Part shown: positions 17,705 to 26,205 of the stretch, piece by piece
How positions within the stretch are numbered: position 1 is the stretch's first letter
Layout: each line of letters begins with the position of its first letter
Assembly (NCBI GenBank): GCA_965221775.1
Contig: CBDCSU010000004.1
Coordinates: 160,001-224,000, forward strand
Length of the DNA: 64,000 nt
Direction: 5' to 3'
From: Candidatus Latescibacterota bacterium
GTDB taxonomy: Bacteria; Latescibacterota; UBA2968; UBA8231
Notes under the pieces: model-generated
What the model was told of the DNA's origin: nothing
The model's database searches: none
What the model saw: the letters and a program-made list of their open reading frames with translations, nothing else
Program-made: the position numbers and the translations under genes

Positions 17705-20367
17705 CGGTCCCCACCCCCGCCTCCTTGCGCAGGCTCTGCCGCGGCGCCCTGCCCGAGATCCTCGGCGCCAGCGACGGCAAGGGCATGATGAAGATGGTGG
17801 AGGAGGTCGTCCGCCACGACCGCTGGAACTCCTTCGACCGCTTCCACGACACCACGCGGGTCCTCGTCGAGATGTACGAGAAGGCGGGGGCCGGCGCCGA
17901 GGTGACCCCGGTGCAGACCGGCGGCCGCATCGGCACCGGGCGCTGGATCATCCAGGAGGCCCAGGACGTCAGTTCCGCCACCCTCGACGTGGTGCGGCCT
18001 TTCCGCGAGCGCGTCGCCGACTACCGCGACAACCCCTGGCACGCGGTGCAGTGGACGGCGGCTACGCCGAAAGGCGGGCTGCGCTGCGAGCTGGTGGTAG
18101 TCGATGATGAGGAAACCCTCGACCGCATGGGGCCCGATGGGCTCGAGGGGCGGGCGGTGCTCACGCGCCTCGACATCCGCAGCCGCATGGAGCGGTTCGC
18201 CCAGAAGGGGGCGGCGGCGGTGATCATGGAGAAGGAGGTGGCCAACAACCCCGGCGCCGTGGCCTGGATCAAGTTCGGCTGGGGCGCCGTGCCCATGAAC
18301 CACGCCACGGCGAAGCTGGTGGGGCTGGTGGTATCGCGCCATCAGGGGGACCGCCTCCGGGGGCAGCTTCGGCAGCATGGGCGCCTCGTCGTGCAGGTCC
18401 GCGTCGACGCCCGGCGCTACGTGGGCACCCACGACGTCGTCTGCGGGCTGGTCCCCGGCCGCGACGACCCGCAGGACGAGGTCTGGGCCATCGCTCACTC
18501 CGCCGAGCCGGGGGCCGTGGACAATGCCTCGGGCTGCGCCGTCACCGTCGAGATCGCCCGGGTTCTGGAGGGGCTCATCGCCTCCGGGGCGCTGCCGCGG
18601 CCGAGGCGGACGATCCGCCTGATCAACGGCTACGAGTGCTACGGCTTCTTCGCCTACCTGGAGAGGGTGAAGCGGCTGCAGCCGCCCCTGGCCGGGGTCT
18701 GCATCGACACCCTCGGCTCGCGGCCGGGGATCTGCGACGGCCGCCTCGAGTGGCGGTCGACGGTGCCGGGCTCGGCCGGCTTCGTCGACTGGATCGGGGC
18801 GAAGATCCTGCGCTCCACCCTGCGCCAGTACCGGGCCGCCGGTTACCACCTCGCCCTCGGTCCCTTCATGGCCACCAGCGACACCCTCATCGGCGATCCC
18901 CAGTACGGCTACCCCTGCCCCTGGATCACCAACCACCACAAGCGCGACGGCAGCTCCTGGGACGCCTACCACACCTCGGCGGACCAGCTCGAGCTGCTGA
19001 GCCCGGCCGGGCTCAAGACCTGCGCCGCCGCCATGGCCGCCTACCTCTACTACCTGGCCGACGCCGCCACGCCGGAAGTCGTGGAGATCGCCCGCTCCGA
19101 GACCGACCGCCTCACCGGGGAGGTGCGCGCCCACCGCCGCCGCCTCGACGGCGACGGCGCCGAGTTCCTGCGCCGCGCCCACGAGACCAGCCTGACGCGC
19201 CTGCAGCGCTGGCTCTGGGGCGGCGACCGCCGCGAGGTGATGGCCGAGCTGGGCGGGATGAGCCGCGAGATGGGGCAGGCCGCCGCCAGCGTCCGCCGCG
19301 GACCGGCGATCCGCTCCACCGCGTCCCTGCGCCGTATCCCGCGGCGCAAGGCCCTGCTGACCCCGACCACCGAGAACCTGCCGGCACCGGTGGCCCGCGA
19401 GATCTCCGGCGCCCGCCAGAGCCCCTGGGCGCTGTACTGGGCCGACGGCCGCCGCACCCTCGCCGAGATCACCGCCGCCCTGGCCTGGGAGCGGGGGGGC
19501 CTGCTGGCGCCCGGGGCCACCCCGAGGCGCGGCGAGGTCAGGGCCGAGGATGTGGTCCGGTTCTTCGAGGCCCACGCCGAGATCGACTACGTCGACCTGC
19601 CGGAGCGCGATGAGATGGTCGACAAGGCGAGGATCGTCGCCGACCTGCGCCGTCTCGGCGTCGAGCGCGGCATGGACCTCATGGTCCACAGCTCGCTGTC
19701 GGAGATCGGGCATGTCGAGGGCGGCGCCGACACGGTCGTCTCGGCCCTGCTGGAGGCGGTGGGATCATCGGGGACGCTGCTCATGCCCTCCTTCAACCAC
19801 CGCGCCGCCCAGGTCTACAACAAGATGGCGACGCCGACCACCAACGGCGCCATCCCCGATGCCTTCTGGCGCCGCCCCGCGGCGGTGCGCAGCGAGCATC
19901 CCACGCATGCCGTGGCGGCCCTCGGCCCCCGCGCCGAGCGCTACTGCGCCTCCCACCTGGAGGCGGGGATCTGGGAGCCGGAGAGCCCCATCGGCCAGCT
20001 CGTCCACGGCGGCGGCTGGATCCTCGCCCTCGGCACCACCCACTGGACCTCCACGGCCTACCACGTGGCCGAGATGTCCGTGCCCTGCGGCTGCATCGAC
20101 CCCTTCGGCAACACCGACCGCGTCGTCGGCGGCGACGGCCGCGTCGAGGAGGTCTGGGGGCTGGCCTTCCGCAAGGGGGCGTGCCCGGTGGAGATCTCCC
20201 CGAAGCTGGACGACGCCCTCGACCGCCGCGGCCTGCAGCGGCGCGGCAAGGTGGGGCAGGCGGAGTGCGAGCTGGTACGGGCCGAGGATCTGTGGCGGGT
20301 GCGCCGCGAGCACCTGCGGCCGGTCTGCCCCACCTGCCCCATCGCCCCGAGCTACCGGGACGGCTGA
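17701..20367 (+). CDS. Fusion of an M28/DUF4910-like Zn peptidase domain and an AAC(3)-family N-acetyltransferase
   Basis: 888 aa. N-terminal part: AH..PGAVDNASG, GYECYG, YHTSAD, then WADGRRTLAEI (wHTH-like). C-terminal part: MVHSSLS.IG.VEGG, GTLLMPSF, RSEHPTHA, YHVAE. Confidence 0.8.
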   Translation: MTVPTPASLRRLCRGALPEILGASDGKGMMKMVEEVVRHDRWNSFDRFHDTTRVLVEMYEKAGAGAEVTPVQTGGRIGTGRWIIQEAQDVSSATLDVVRPFRERVADYRDNPWHAVQWTAATPKGGLRCELVVVDDEETLDRMGPDGLEGRAVLTRLDIRSRMERFAQKGAAAVIMEKEVANNPGAVAWIKFGWGAVPMNHATAKLVGLVVSRHQGDRLRGQLRQHGRLVVQVRVDARRYVGTHDVVCGLVPGRDDPQDEVWAIAHSAEPGAVDNASGCAVTVEIARVLEGLIASGALPRPRRTIRLINGYECYGFFAYLERVKRLQPPLAGVCIDTLGSRPGICDGRLEWRSTVPGSAGFVDWIGAKILRSTLRQYRAAGYHLALGPFMATSDTLIGDPQYGYPCPWITNHHKRDGSSWDAYHTSADQLELLSPAGLKTCAAAMAAYLYYLADAATPEVVEIARSETDRLTGEVRAHRRRLDGDGAEFLRRAHETSLTRLQRWLWGGDRREVMAELGGMSREMGQAAASVRRGPAIRSTASLRRIPRRKALLTPTTENLPAPVAREISGARQSPWALYWADGRRTLAEITAALAWERGGLLAPGATPRRGEVRAEDVVRFFEAHAEIDYVDLPERDEMVDKARIVADLRRLGVERGMDLMVHSSLSEIGHVEGGADTVVSALLEAVGSSGTLLMPSFNHRAAQVYNKMATPTTNGAIPDAFWRRPAAVRSEHPTHAVAALGPRAERYCASHLEAGIWEPESPIGQLVHGGGWILALGTTHWTSTAYHVAEMSVPCGCIDPFGNTDRVVGGDGRVEEVWGLAFRKGACPVEISPKLDDALDRRGLQRRGKVGQAECELVRAEDLWRVRREHLRPVCPTCPIAPSYRDG

Positions 20368-20377
20368 GGGCGTTCTC

Positions 20378-21136
20378 TTGAGCGAGCTCTCCTTCCGCGC
20401 TCCGGGCGAGGTGATCGACGCCAACGTCGGCGTCGGCCACCGCCACGACCGGCCCGCCCCCATGGAGGACGCCGCCGGCCTGCTGGCGGAGATGGACCGC
20501 CACGGCGTCGACGCCGCCGTGGTCTACCACGTGCAGGGAGAATCGGTGAGCGCCCTCGACGGCAACGACCTGCTCCGAGAGTGGGTGCAGGACCAGCCGC
20601 GGCTGATTCCCCAGTGGGTGGCCGGCTCCGACCCTGCCACCCACCGGCAGCTGGAGGGGCTGCAGGCGGAGGGCCGGCTGCGCAGCGTGCGCCTCCACGA
20701 CACCGCGTCCTGCCGCGCCCCCTTCACCGACTGGATCTACGGCGACCTGCTCGCGTGGCTGGAGGCGGAGGGGATCCCCTTGTGGATCTCCCTGGCGGAC
20801 AACGACATCGAACAGATGGCCGACACCCTCGGGCGGTATCCTGAGCTGGTGAGCGTGCTCGTGGGCGCCCACTACACGCACGCCGCTCTCGTGCGCCCGC
20901 TGATGCGGAAGCTGCCGCGGTCGCTGCTGGAGCTGAGCCGGCACGAGACCCCCGGCGACGTGGAGGCCCTGGCGCGCGACGTGGGGGTGCGGCGGCTGGT
21001 GTACGGATCCTTCTACCCCCGCTACGCCATGGGGCCCATCCTCTACTACCTGCACCGCTGCGACCTCACGGCCCCCCAACTCGACCTGATCTGCGCCGGC
21101 AACGTGGGCCGCCTCCTCGGGGAGGAGGGCGGATGA
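20378..21136 (+). CDS. Amidohydrolase_2-like protein with degenerate metal ligands
   Basis: IDANVGVG in place of DxHxH, LLAEMDRHGVD, RRLVYGSFYP and ICAGNVGRLL; TTG start (alternative GTG 20411). Confidence 0.7.
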   Translation: MSELSFRAPGEVIDANVGVGHRHDRPAPMEDAAGLLAEMDRHGVDAAVVYHVQGESVSALDGNDLLREWVQDQPRLIPQWVAGSDPATHRQLEGLQAEGRLRSVRLHDTASCRAPFTDWIYGDLLAWLEAEGIPLWISLADNDIEQMADTLGRYPELVSVLVGAHYTHAALVRPLMRKLPRSLLELSRHETPGDVEALARDVGVRRLVYGSFYPRYAMGPILYYLHRCDLTAPQLDLICAGNVGRLLGEEGG

Positions 21137-21879
21137 TCTCCGGCACCCGCGTCATCGACGCCCACGGCCACGTGGGCCACTGGGAGGTCCTCGGCATGCG
21201 CGACGACGCCGGCGAGATCCTGCGGACCATGGACCGCGCCGGTATCGACGTGGCCGTGGTCTTCGGCATCTTCCACCCCGAGGGCCGCAGGTCCAACGAC
21301 GCGGCCGCCGCCTTCGTGGCCGCTCACCCCGACCGCTTCGCCGCCCTGGCCTACGCCTCTCCGCTGATGCCGGACGGCATGGTGTCCGAGTTGCGCCGCG
21401 CCATCGACGACCTCGGCTTTCTGGGGGTGAAGATCTATCCGCCGTACACGCCTTGGCCCCTCGACCACGAGGCCTGGGACCCGATCTACGCCTTCGTCGA
21501 GGAGCGCGGTCTGCCGCTGCTGTCCCACACCGACGCCGGGGACGTCTCCCGGCCGGCCCAGCTGGCGGCGGCAGCCCGGCGCTTCCCCGGGGCCGCCTTC
21601 ATCGCCGGCCACTCCGGCAACATGGAGCCGGCCCGCTCGGAGGCGATCCAGGCCGCCCGGGAGCTGCCCAACTTCTATCTGGAGACCTGCTCCACCTACC
21701 GCACCCCCGGCGTCATCGAGGAACTGGTGGCCGGCGCCGGCGCCGACCGGGTGCTCTTCGGGTCCGACCAGCCGCTGATGGACCCGCGCCCCCAGCTGGG
21801 CAAGATCACCGCCGACCTGAGCGACGAGGAGAAGCGCCTCGTCCTCGGCGGCAACGCCGCACGTCTCCTGGGTCTGTAA
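21133..21879 (+). CDS. Amidohydrolase_2 family protein
   Basis: IDAHGH, GVKIYP, LSHT, IAGHSG, VLFGSD and GGNAARL. Confidence 0.88.
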   Translation: MISGTRVIDAHGHVGHWEVLGMRDDAGEILRTMDRAGIDVAVVFGIFHPEGRRSNDAAAAFVAAHPDRFAALAYASPLMPDGMVSELRRAIDDLGFLGVKIYPPYTPWPLDHEAWDPIYAFVEERGLPLLSHTDAGDVSRPAQLAAAARRFPGAAFIAGHSGNMEPARSEAIQAARELPNFYLETCSTYRTPGVIEELVAGAGADRVLFGSDQPLMDPRPQLGKITADLSDEEKRLVLGGNAARLLGL

Positions 21880-21882
21880 CCC

Positions 21883-22782
21883 GTGGCCGAGCCCCTGACC
21901 CTGCTCAGCATCGGCGCCCACCCGGCCGACATCTTCGACCAGTCGGGCGGCACCATGGCCCACCACGTGGAGCGCGGCGACCGCGTCGCCTGCGCCGTCC
22001 TCACCCACGGGGCCCGCGTCCACGACGCCGAGATCAGCGACGCCATGTTCCACCGGGAACAGGTGCCGGAGGCCGGGGAGCTGAGCGACCTGATGGCGGA
22101 GCGCGCCGAGGTGAAGGCGGGGGAGGTCCGGCGCGCCTGCGCCTTCCTCGGCGTGGAGGAGATCCACTTCCTCGGCTTCGACGACGCCGTGCTCGAGGCC
22201 ACCGAGGAGATCGTGCGCCGCGTGGCGAGCCTGCTGCGCCAGGTCCGCCCGCACGTCGTCCTGACCCACTTCCCGTACGAGGGCGACGCCGTCAACGCCC
22301 ACGCCGTCACCGGCCGCATCTGCCTGCTGGCCCTCGGGCTGGCCGGCAGCGTCGATCCCGGCGACCGCAACCCGCCGCACAAGACGGCCCAGGTCTTCTT
22401 CTTCGGTACGGGGGCGGCGCCCCTGCCGCGGAATGTGTGGGGCGCCCGGGGCGGTTTCTACAACGACGTCTTCATCGACATCGGCGACGTGGTGGAGAAG
22501 AAGCTGGCCGCCCTCGACGCCCTGGTCAGCCAGGGCTACGGCGGAGCCTACGCCCGCAAGCGCATCGAGACCTCGGACGGCGCCTTCGGCAACGCCGCCC
22601 ACTGCAGCTACGCCGAGGGCTTTATCAAGATGAACGCCGAGTGCCACCACTACCTGCCGGTGACGGACCGGGCCCTCGAGCTGGCGGGGTTGAGCGACCA
22701 TCAGGTGATCCCCCGGGCCTCCCTGCGGCACCGATCGGGTCCCCCCGGGGCCGAGCCCGAAGGCCCGGATCGTACGGCTTGA
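21883..22782 (+). CDS. PIG-L/LmbE family deacetylase
   Basis: IGAHPAD, GGTMA, LTHG, VRPHVVLTH, FIDI.DVVEKK..AL and YAEGF. Confidence 0.8.
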   Translation: MAEPLTLLSIGAHPADIFDQSGGTMAHHVERGDRVACAVLTHGARVHDAEISDAMFHREQVPEAGELSDLMAERAEVKAGEVRRACAFLGVEEIHFLGFDDAVLEATEEIVRRVASLLRQVRPHVVLTHFPYEGDAVNAHAVTGRICLLALGLAGSVDPGDRNPPHKTAQVFFFGTGAAPLPRNVWGARGGFYNDVFIDIGDVVEKKLAALDALVSQGYGGAYARKRIETSDGAFGNAAHCSYAEGFIKMNAECHHYLPVTDRALELAGLSDHQVIPRASLRHRSGPPGAEPEGPDRTA

Positions 22783-22807
22783 CATCGGGCGCGCCCCGGC
22801 GTAAGGT
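22779..22807 (+). promoter_or_regulatory. Near-consensus sigma70 promoter
   Basis: TTGACA (22779-22784), 17-nt spacer, TAAGGT (22802-22807). Confidence 0.7.
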
Positions 22808-22813
22808 ACAGAC

Positions 22814-22974
22814 ATCCCCACGGCCGGCTCCTCCGGGATCCGGCCAAAACCGGAGCGACGGTAGGCCGCCTCGTACCGGCGTTCCGGAAAAGTCGAGCGG
22901 TCCTCTGCTTTCTCCTACGCTCGACTCTGTTTCTCCATAGACAGGGGGCCCTCGGGCCTCCTGTCTATTTTCTT
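22814..22974 (+). ncRNA. Putative small regulatory RNA (three hairpins plus terminator), family unknown
   Basis: Lies between the promoter and an intrinsic terminator. Stems at 22822-22845 (C-UCCG-G loop), 22850-22887 and 22891-22926 are separated by A-runs; no plausible ORF. Confidence 0.65.
22937..22974 (+). terminator. Intrinsic terminator
   Basis: ATAGACAGGGGGCC-CTCG-GGCCTCCTGTCTAT 14-bp stem followed by TTTCTT. Confidence 0.8.
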
Positions 22975-23010
22975 GCGCCCCTGACGGACTCCTCCTCGAG
23001 CCCCCGGCCC

Positions 23011-24273
23011 ATGCCCCTCGCCCCCGAAGCCGCCGCCGCCCTCGACCGGCGGCTGGCCCTGGTCGACGCCGCCGAGCCCCGGATCCGGGCCCTGGTCCCG
23101 GAGCAGGACCGCCGCCTGCGCCTCGCCGCCGAGTTGGAGGCCGCGCCCGAGGGCCCCCTGCGGCACCTGCTGGTGGGCGTGAAGGACATCTTCCACGCGC
23201 GGGGACTGCTCACCCGGGCAGGTACCGAGTTGCCGGGAGGCCTCTTCGCCGCGGAGGGCGCGGAGGAGGCCGACGCCGACTGCGTCGCCGCCCTGCGGGC
23301 GGCGGGAGCGGTGGTCCTCGGCAAGGCGGTGACCACCGAGTTCGCCTACTTCGAGCCCGGGCCGACGCGCAACCCGCGAGACCCCGCCCACACCCCCGGC
23401 GGTTCCTCCAGCGGCTCGGCGGCGGCGGTGGCGGCCGGGTACTGCGAGCTGGCCCTGGGGTCGCAGACGGTGGGCTCGGTCATGCGGCCGGCCGCGTTCT
23501 GCGGCGTCGTCGGGTTCAAGCCGACCTTCGGGCGCGTCTCCCGGGGCGGTCTGCTGCCCTGCTCCCCCTCGGTGGACACGGTGGGACTATTCGCCCCGGA
23601 TACGGCTACCGCGGCCCGGGGGGCGGCGGTCATCGTCGATGCGTGGGGTCCCGCCGCCGCCGAGGGCCACTGGGAGTCGCCCCGGCCCGTCCTCGGGATC
23701 CCGGAGGGGCCGTACCTGCGCCAGGCCTCGCCCGAGGGACTGGCGGGGTTCGAGGAGCAGGCGGCGAGGCTGGAGTCCGCGGGCTTCCGGGTGAAGCGGC
23801 TGGAGGTCCTGACCGACATCGACGAGGTCAACCAGCGCCACCGCGACCTGCACGCGGCGGAGATGGCCCTCGTGCACGCCCCATGGATGGAGGAGCACCT
23901 CGATTTCTACAAGCCGCTGACCCGCCAGTTCCTGCTGCGCGGCCGGGCGATCCCCGAGGCGCGGCTCCTGGCCGGCAGGGAGGGGCGCGGCCTCCTGCGG
24001 CTCCAGTTGGAGCAGGCCATGGCGGCCGAAGGCGTCGACCTCTGGATCTGTCCGTCGGCGCCGGGACCGGCCCCCCGCGGCCTGCACGCCACGGGGGATC
24101 CCATCATGAACCTGCCCTGGACCCACGCCGGCCAGCCGGCCCTGAGCCTGCCGGCGGGGCTCGTGGGCCGGCTGCCCCTGGGGCTGCAGTGCGTCGCCGC
24201 CCACGGCCGCGACGAGGCCCTCCTGGCATGGGGCGCCGCCCTCGAGGCGGCCCTCGGTTCCGGCGGCGACTGA
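23011..24273 (+). CDS. Amidase signature family protein
   Basis: GVKD, GKAVTTEFA, TPGGSSSGSAAAVA and GSQTVGSVMRPAAFCG. Confidence 0.92.
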   Translation: MPLAPEAAAALDRRLALVDAAEPRIRALVPEQDRRLRLAAELEAAPEGPLRHLLVGVKDIFHARGLLTRAGTELPGGLFAAEGAEEADADCVAALRAAGAVVLGKAVTTEFAYFEPGPTRNPRDPAHTPGGSSSGSAAAVAAGYCELALGSQTVGSVMRPAAFCGVVGFKPTFGRVSRGGLLPCSPSVDTVGLFAPDTATAARGAAVIVDAWGPAAAEGHWESPRPVLGIPEGPYLRQASPEGLAGFEEQAARLESAGFRVKRLEVLTDIDEVNQRHRDLHAAEMALVHAPWMEEHLDFYKPLTRQFLLRGRAIPEARLLAGREGRGLLRLQLEQAMAAEGVDLWICPSAPGPAPRGLHATGDPIMNLPWTHAGQPALSLPAGLVGRLPLGLQCVAAHGRDEALLAWGAALEAALGSGGD

Positions 24274-24276
24274 ACG

Positions 24277-24305
24277 TCGACCGCCCCGGGCGGCGGTCCT
24301 ATATT
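24277..24305 (+). promoter_or_regulatory. Putative promoter of the PhyH-uxuA-PhyH genes
   Basis: TCGACC-17 nt-TATATT. Confidence 0.4.
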
Positions 24306-24338
24306 TCAACGATTCATCAGTTTCGGCGGAGAGGACGG

Positions 24339-25205
24339 ATGCAGCTGACAAAGGACCAGATCGAGTTCTATCGCGAGAGGGGTTACCTCGGCGTCGAGGG
24401 CGTGTTCTCGGCGGCCGAGGTCGCCGAGTTGCAGCGGGTGACCGACGAGTTCGTGGAGAAGTCGCGCAGCGTCACCGAGCACGACGACATCTTCGACCTC
24501 GAGCCCGACCACACCCCGGAGTTTCCCAAGCTGCGGCGCCTGAAGACTCCCGCCAGGCAGCACGTGGTCTACGACCGCGCCCTGCGCAACGACCGCGTCC
24601 TCGACATCGTCAGCCAGCTCGTCGGCACCGAGGCCGTGCGCGGCCACGGCAACAAGCTCAACATCAAGGCCGCCGACTTCGGCAGCCCCGTGGAGTGGCA
24701 CCAGGACTGGGCCTTCTACCCCCACACCAACGACGACATGCTGGCCGTGGGCGTCTGCATCGACGAGATGACCGAGGCCAACGGCTGCCTCCTCATCATC
24801 CCCGGCTCGCACAAGGGGCCCGTCCTCGACCACCACCTGGACGGCCGCTTCGCCGGCGCCGTCACCGAGCCCGGCTTCGACGACTCCACGGCCGAGAAGG
24901 TGGAGCTGCCCGCCGGCGGCATCTCCCTGCACCACGTGCGCGTCCTCCACGGCTCGCTGCCCAACCGCTCGCCGAACCCGCGCCGCCTGCTGCTCTTCGA
25001 GTACGCCGCCGGCGACGCCTGGCCGCTCAGGGGCTCGGACTGGGACGGCTTCTGCGACTCCTTCGTCCGCGGCGAGCCCTCCAACGAGCCCCGCCTGGAG
25101 CCCGTCCCGGTGCGGCTGGCCCTGCCGGTGGCGCTCCGGGGCGGCTCGATCTACGAGAACCAGAGCGTCCTCAGGGGCACGACCTTCAAGTCCGCCGGGG
25201 GCTGA
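24339..25205 (+). CDS. Phytanoyl-CoA dioxygenase (PhyH) family Fe(II)/2OG oxygenase
   Basis: WHQD, NGCL..IPGSH and HGSLPN...RR. Confidence 0.9.
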   Translation: MQLTKDQIEFYRERGYLGVEGVFSAAEVAELQRVTDEFVEKSRSVTEHDDIFDLEPDHTPEFPKLRRLKTPARQHVVYDRALRNDRVLDIVSQLVGTEAVRGHGNKLNIKAADFGSPVEWHQDWAFYPHTNDDMLAVGVCIDEMTEANGCLLIIPGSHKGPVLDHHLDGRFAGAVTEPGFDDSTAEKVELPAGGISLHHVRVLHGSLPNRSPNPRRLLLFEYAAGDAWPLRGSDWDGFCDSFVRGEPSNEPRLEPVPVRLALPVALRGGSIYENQSVLRGTTFKSAGG

Positions 25206-25209
25206 TCCC

Positions 25210-26205
25210 GTGGCCGGCCACCCCATCGACCGCATCGAACCGGGCCTGAAGATCGCCGCCCAGGTGACTCCCGAGCCGACGCCGGAGGACCTGGACTTCG
25301 TGCGCCGCATGGGCGTGGAGCACGTCGTCTGCTGGACCGATGCCGCCCACTCCAGCTACGACTACTACGCCAGCCGCCGCGACCTCTTCGGCGAGGCCGG
25401 TATCCAGGTCTACGGCTTCGGCAACGGCGACGTCCACAACCAGGACGCCATCGTCCTCGGGCTGGCCGGCCGCGACGCCAAGATCGAGCAGTACAAGCGG
25501 CACATCACCGACCTCGGCCGCGCCGGCATCCCGTACACGACCTATGCCCACATGGGCAACGGCATCTGGAGCACGGAGCGCGAGACCACCCGCGGCGGCG
25601 CCCCGGCCCGCGGCTTCGACCTGGAGCGCGCCGAGGCGGGCCACTGGGGCGGGCGGAGGTACCCCTTGCCCCTGACTCACGGCCGCGAGTTCTCCGAGAA
25701 GGAGATGTGGTCCCACTTCGAGCACTGGGCGCGGGAGGTGCGGCCCGTGGCGGAGGAAGCCGGGGTGCTCATCGGCATCCACCCCGACGACCCACCGGTG
25801 CCCGATCTCGGCGGCGTGCCGCGGTGCATCTTCTCCAGCTTCGACGGCTACCAGAAGGCGATGGAGATCGCCGACAGCCCCAACATCGGCATCTGCTTCT
25901 GCATGGGGAGGGACGTGCTCTCCGCCATCGAGCACTTCGGCGGGCGGCAGATCTTCAAGGTCCACTTCCGCAACGTCGACCGGCCCCTGCCGCACTTCGT
26001 GGAGACCTTCGTCGACGACGGCTGCCAGGACATGTACGTGGTGATGAAGGCCCTGGAGCGGGCCGGCTTCCGCGGCGTCCTGATCCCCGACCACATCCCG
26101 GAGATGGCCGACGACCCGCGGGTGGGCACGGCCTGGACGATCGCCTACATGAAGGCGTTGAAGAAGCGCGCCGAGGAGGAAGTCGCCCTGGAGAGGGCGA
26201 ACTGA
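25210..26205 (+). CDS. uxuA: Mannonate dehydratase-like protein
   Basis: IHPDDPP, VHFRNV, FVETF.DDG, IPDHIP and AWTIAYMKAL. Confidence 0.78.
   Translation: MAGHPIDRIEPGLKIAAQVTPEPTPEDLDFVRRMGVEHVVCWTDAAHSSYDYYASRRDLFGEAGIQVYGFGNGDVHNQDAIVLGLAGRDAKIEQYKRHITDLGRAGIPYTTYAHMGNGIWSTERETTRGGAPARGFDLERAEAGHWGGRRYPLPLTHGREFSEKEMWSHFEHWAREVRPVAEEAGVLIGIHPDDPPVPDLGGVPRCIFSSFDGYQKAMEIADSPNIGICFCMGRDVLSAIEHFGGRQIFKVHFRNVDRPLPHFVETFVDDGCQDMYVVMKALERAGFRGVLIPDHIPEMADDPRVGTAWTIAYMKALKKRAEEEVALERAN

Noticed and set aside
19614-20367. Stand-alone aminoglycoside resistance gene aac(3)
   Set aside because: The domain is fused to a peptidase-like protein in a metabolic operon with no mobile-element context; family membership alone does not show resistance.
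22814-22974. 6S RNA, SRP RNA or tRNA
   Set aside because: It forms separate local hairpins rather than one long rod, and lacks the SRP GGAA-loop domain and tRNA T/D-loop consensus.
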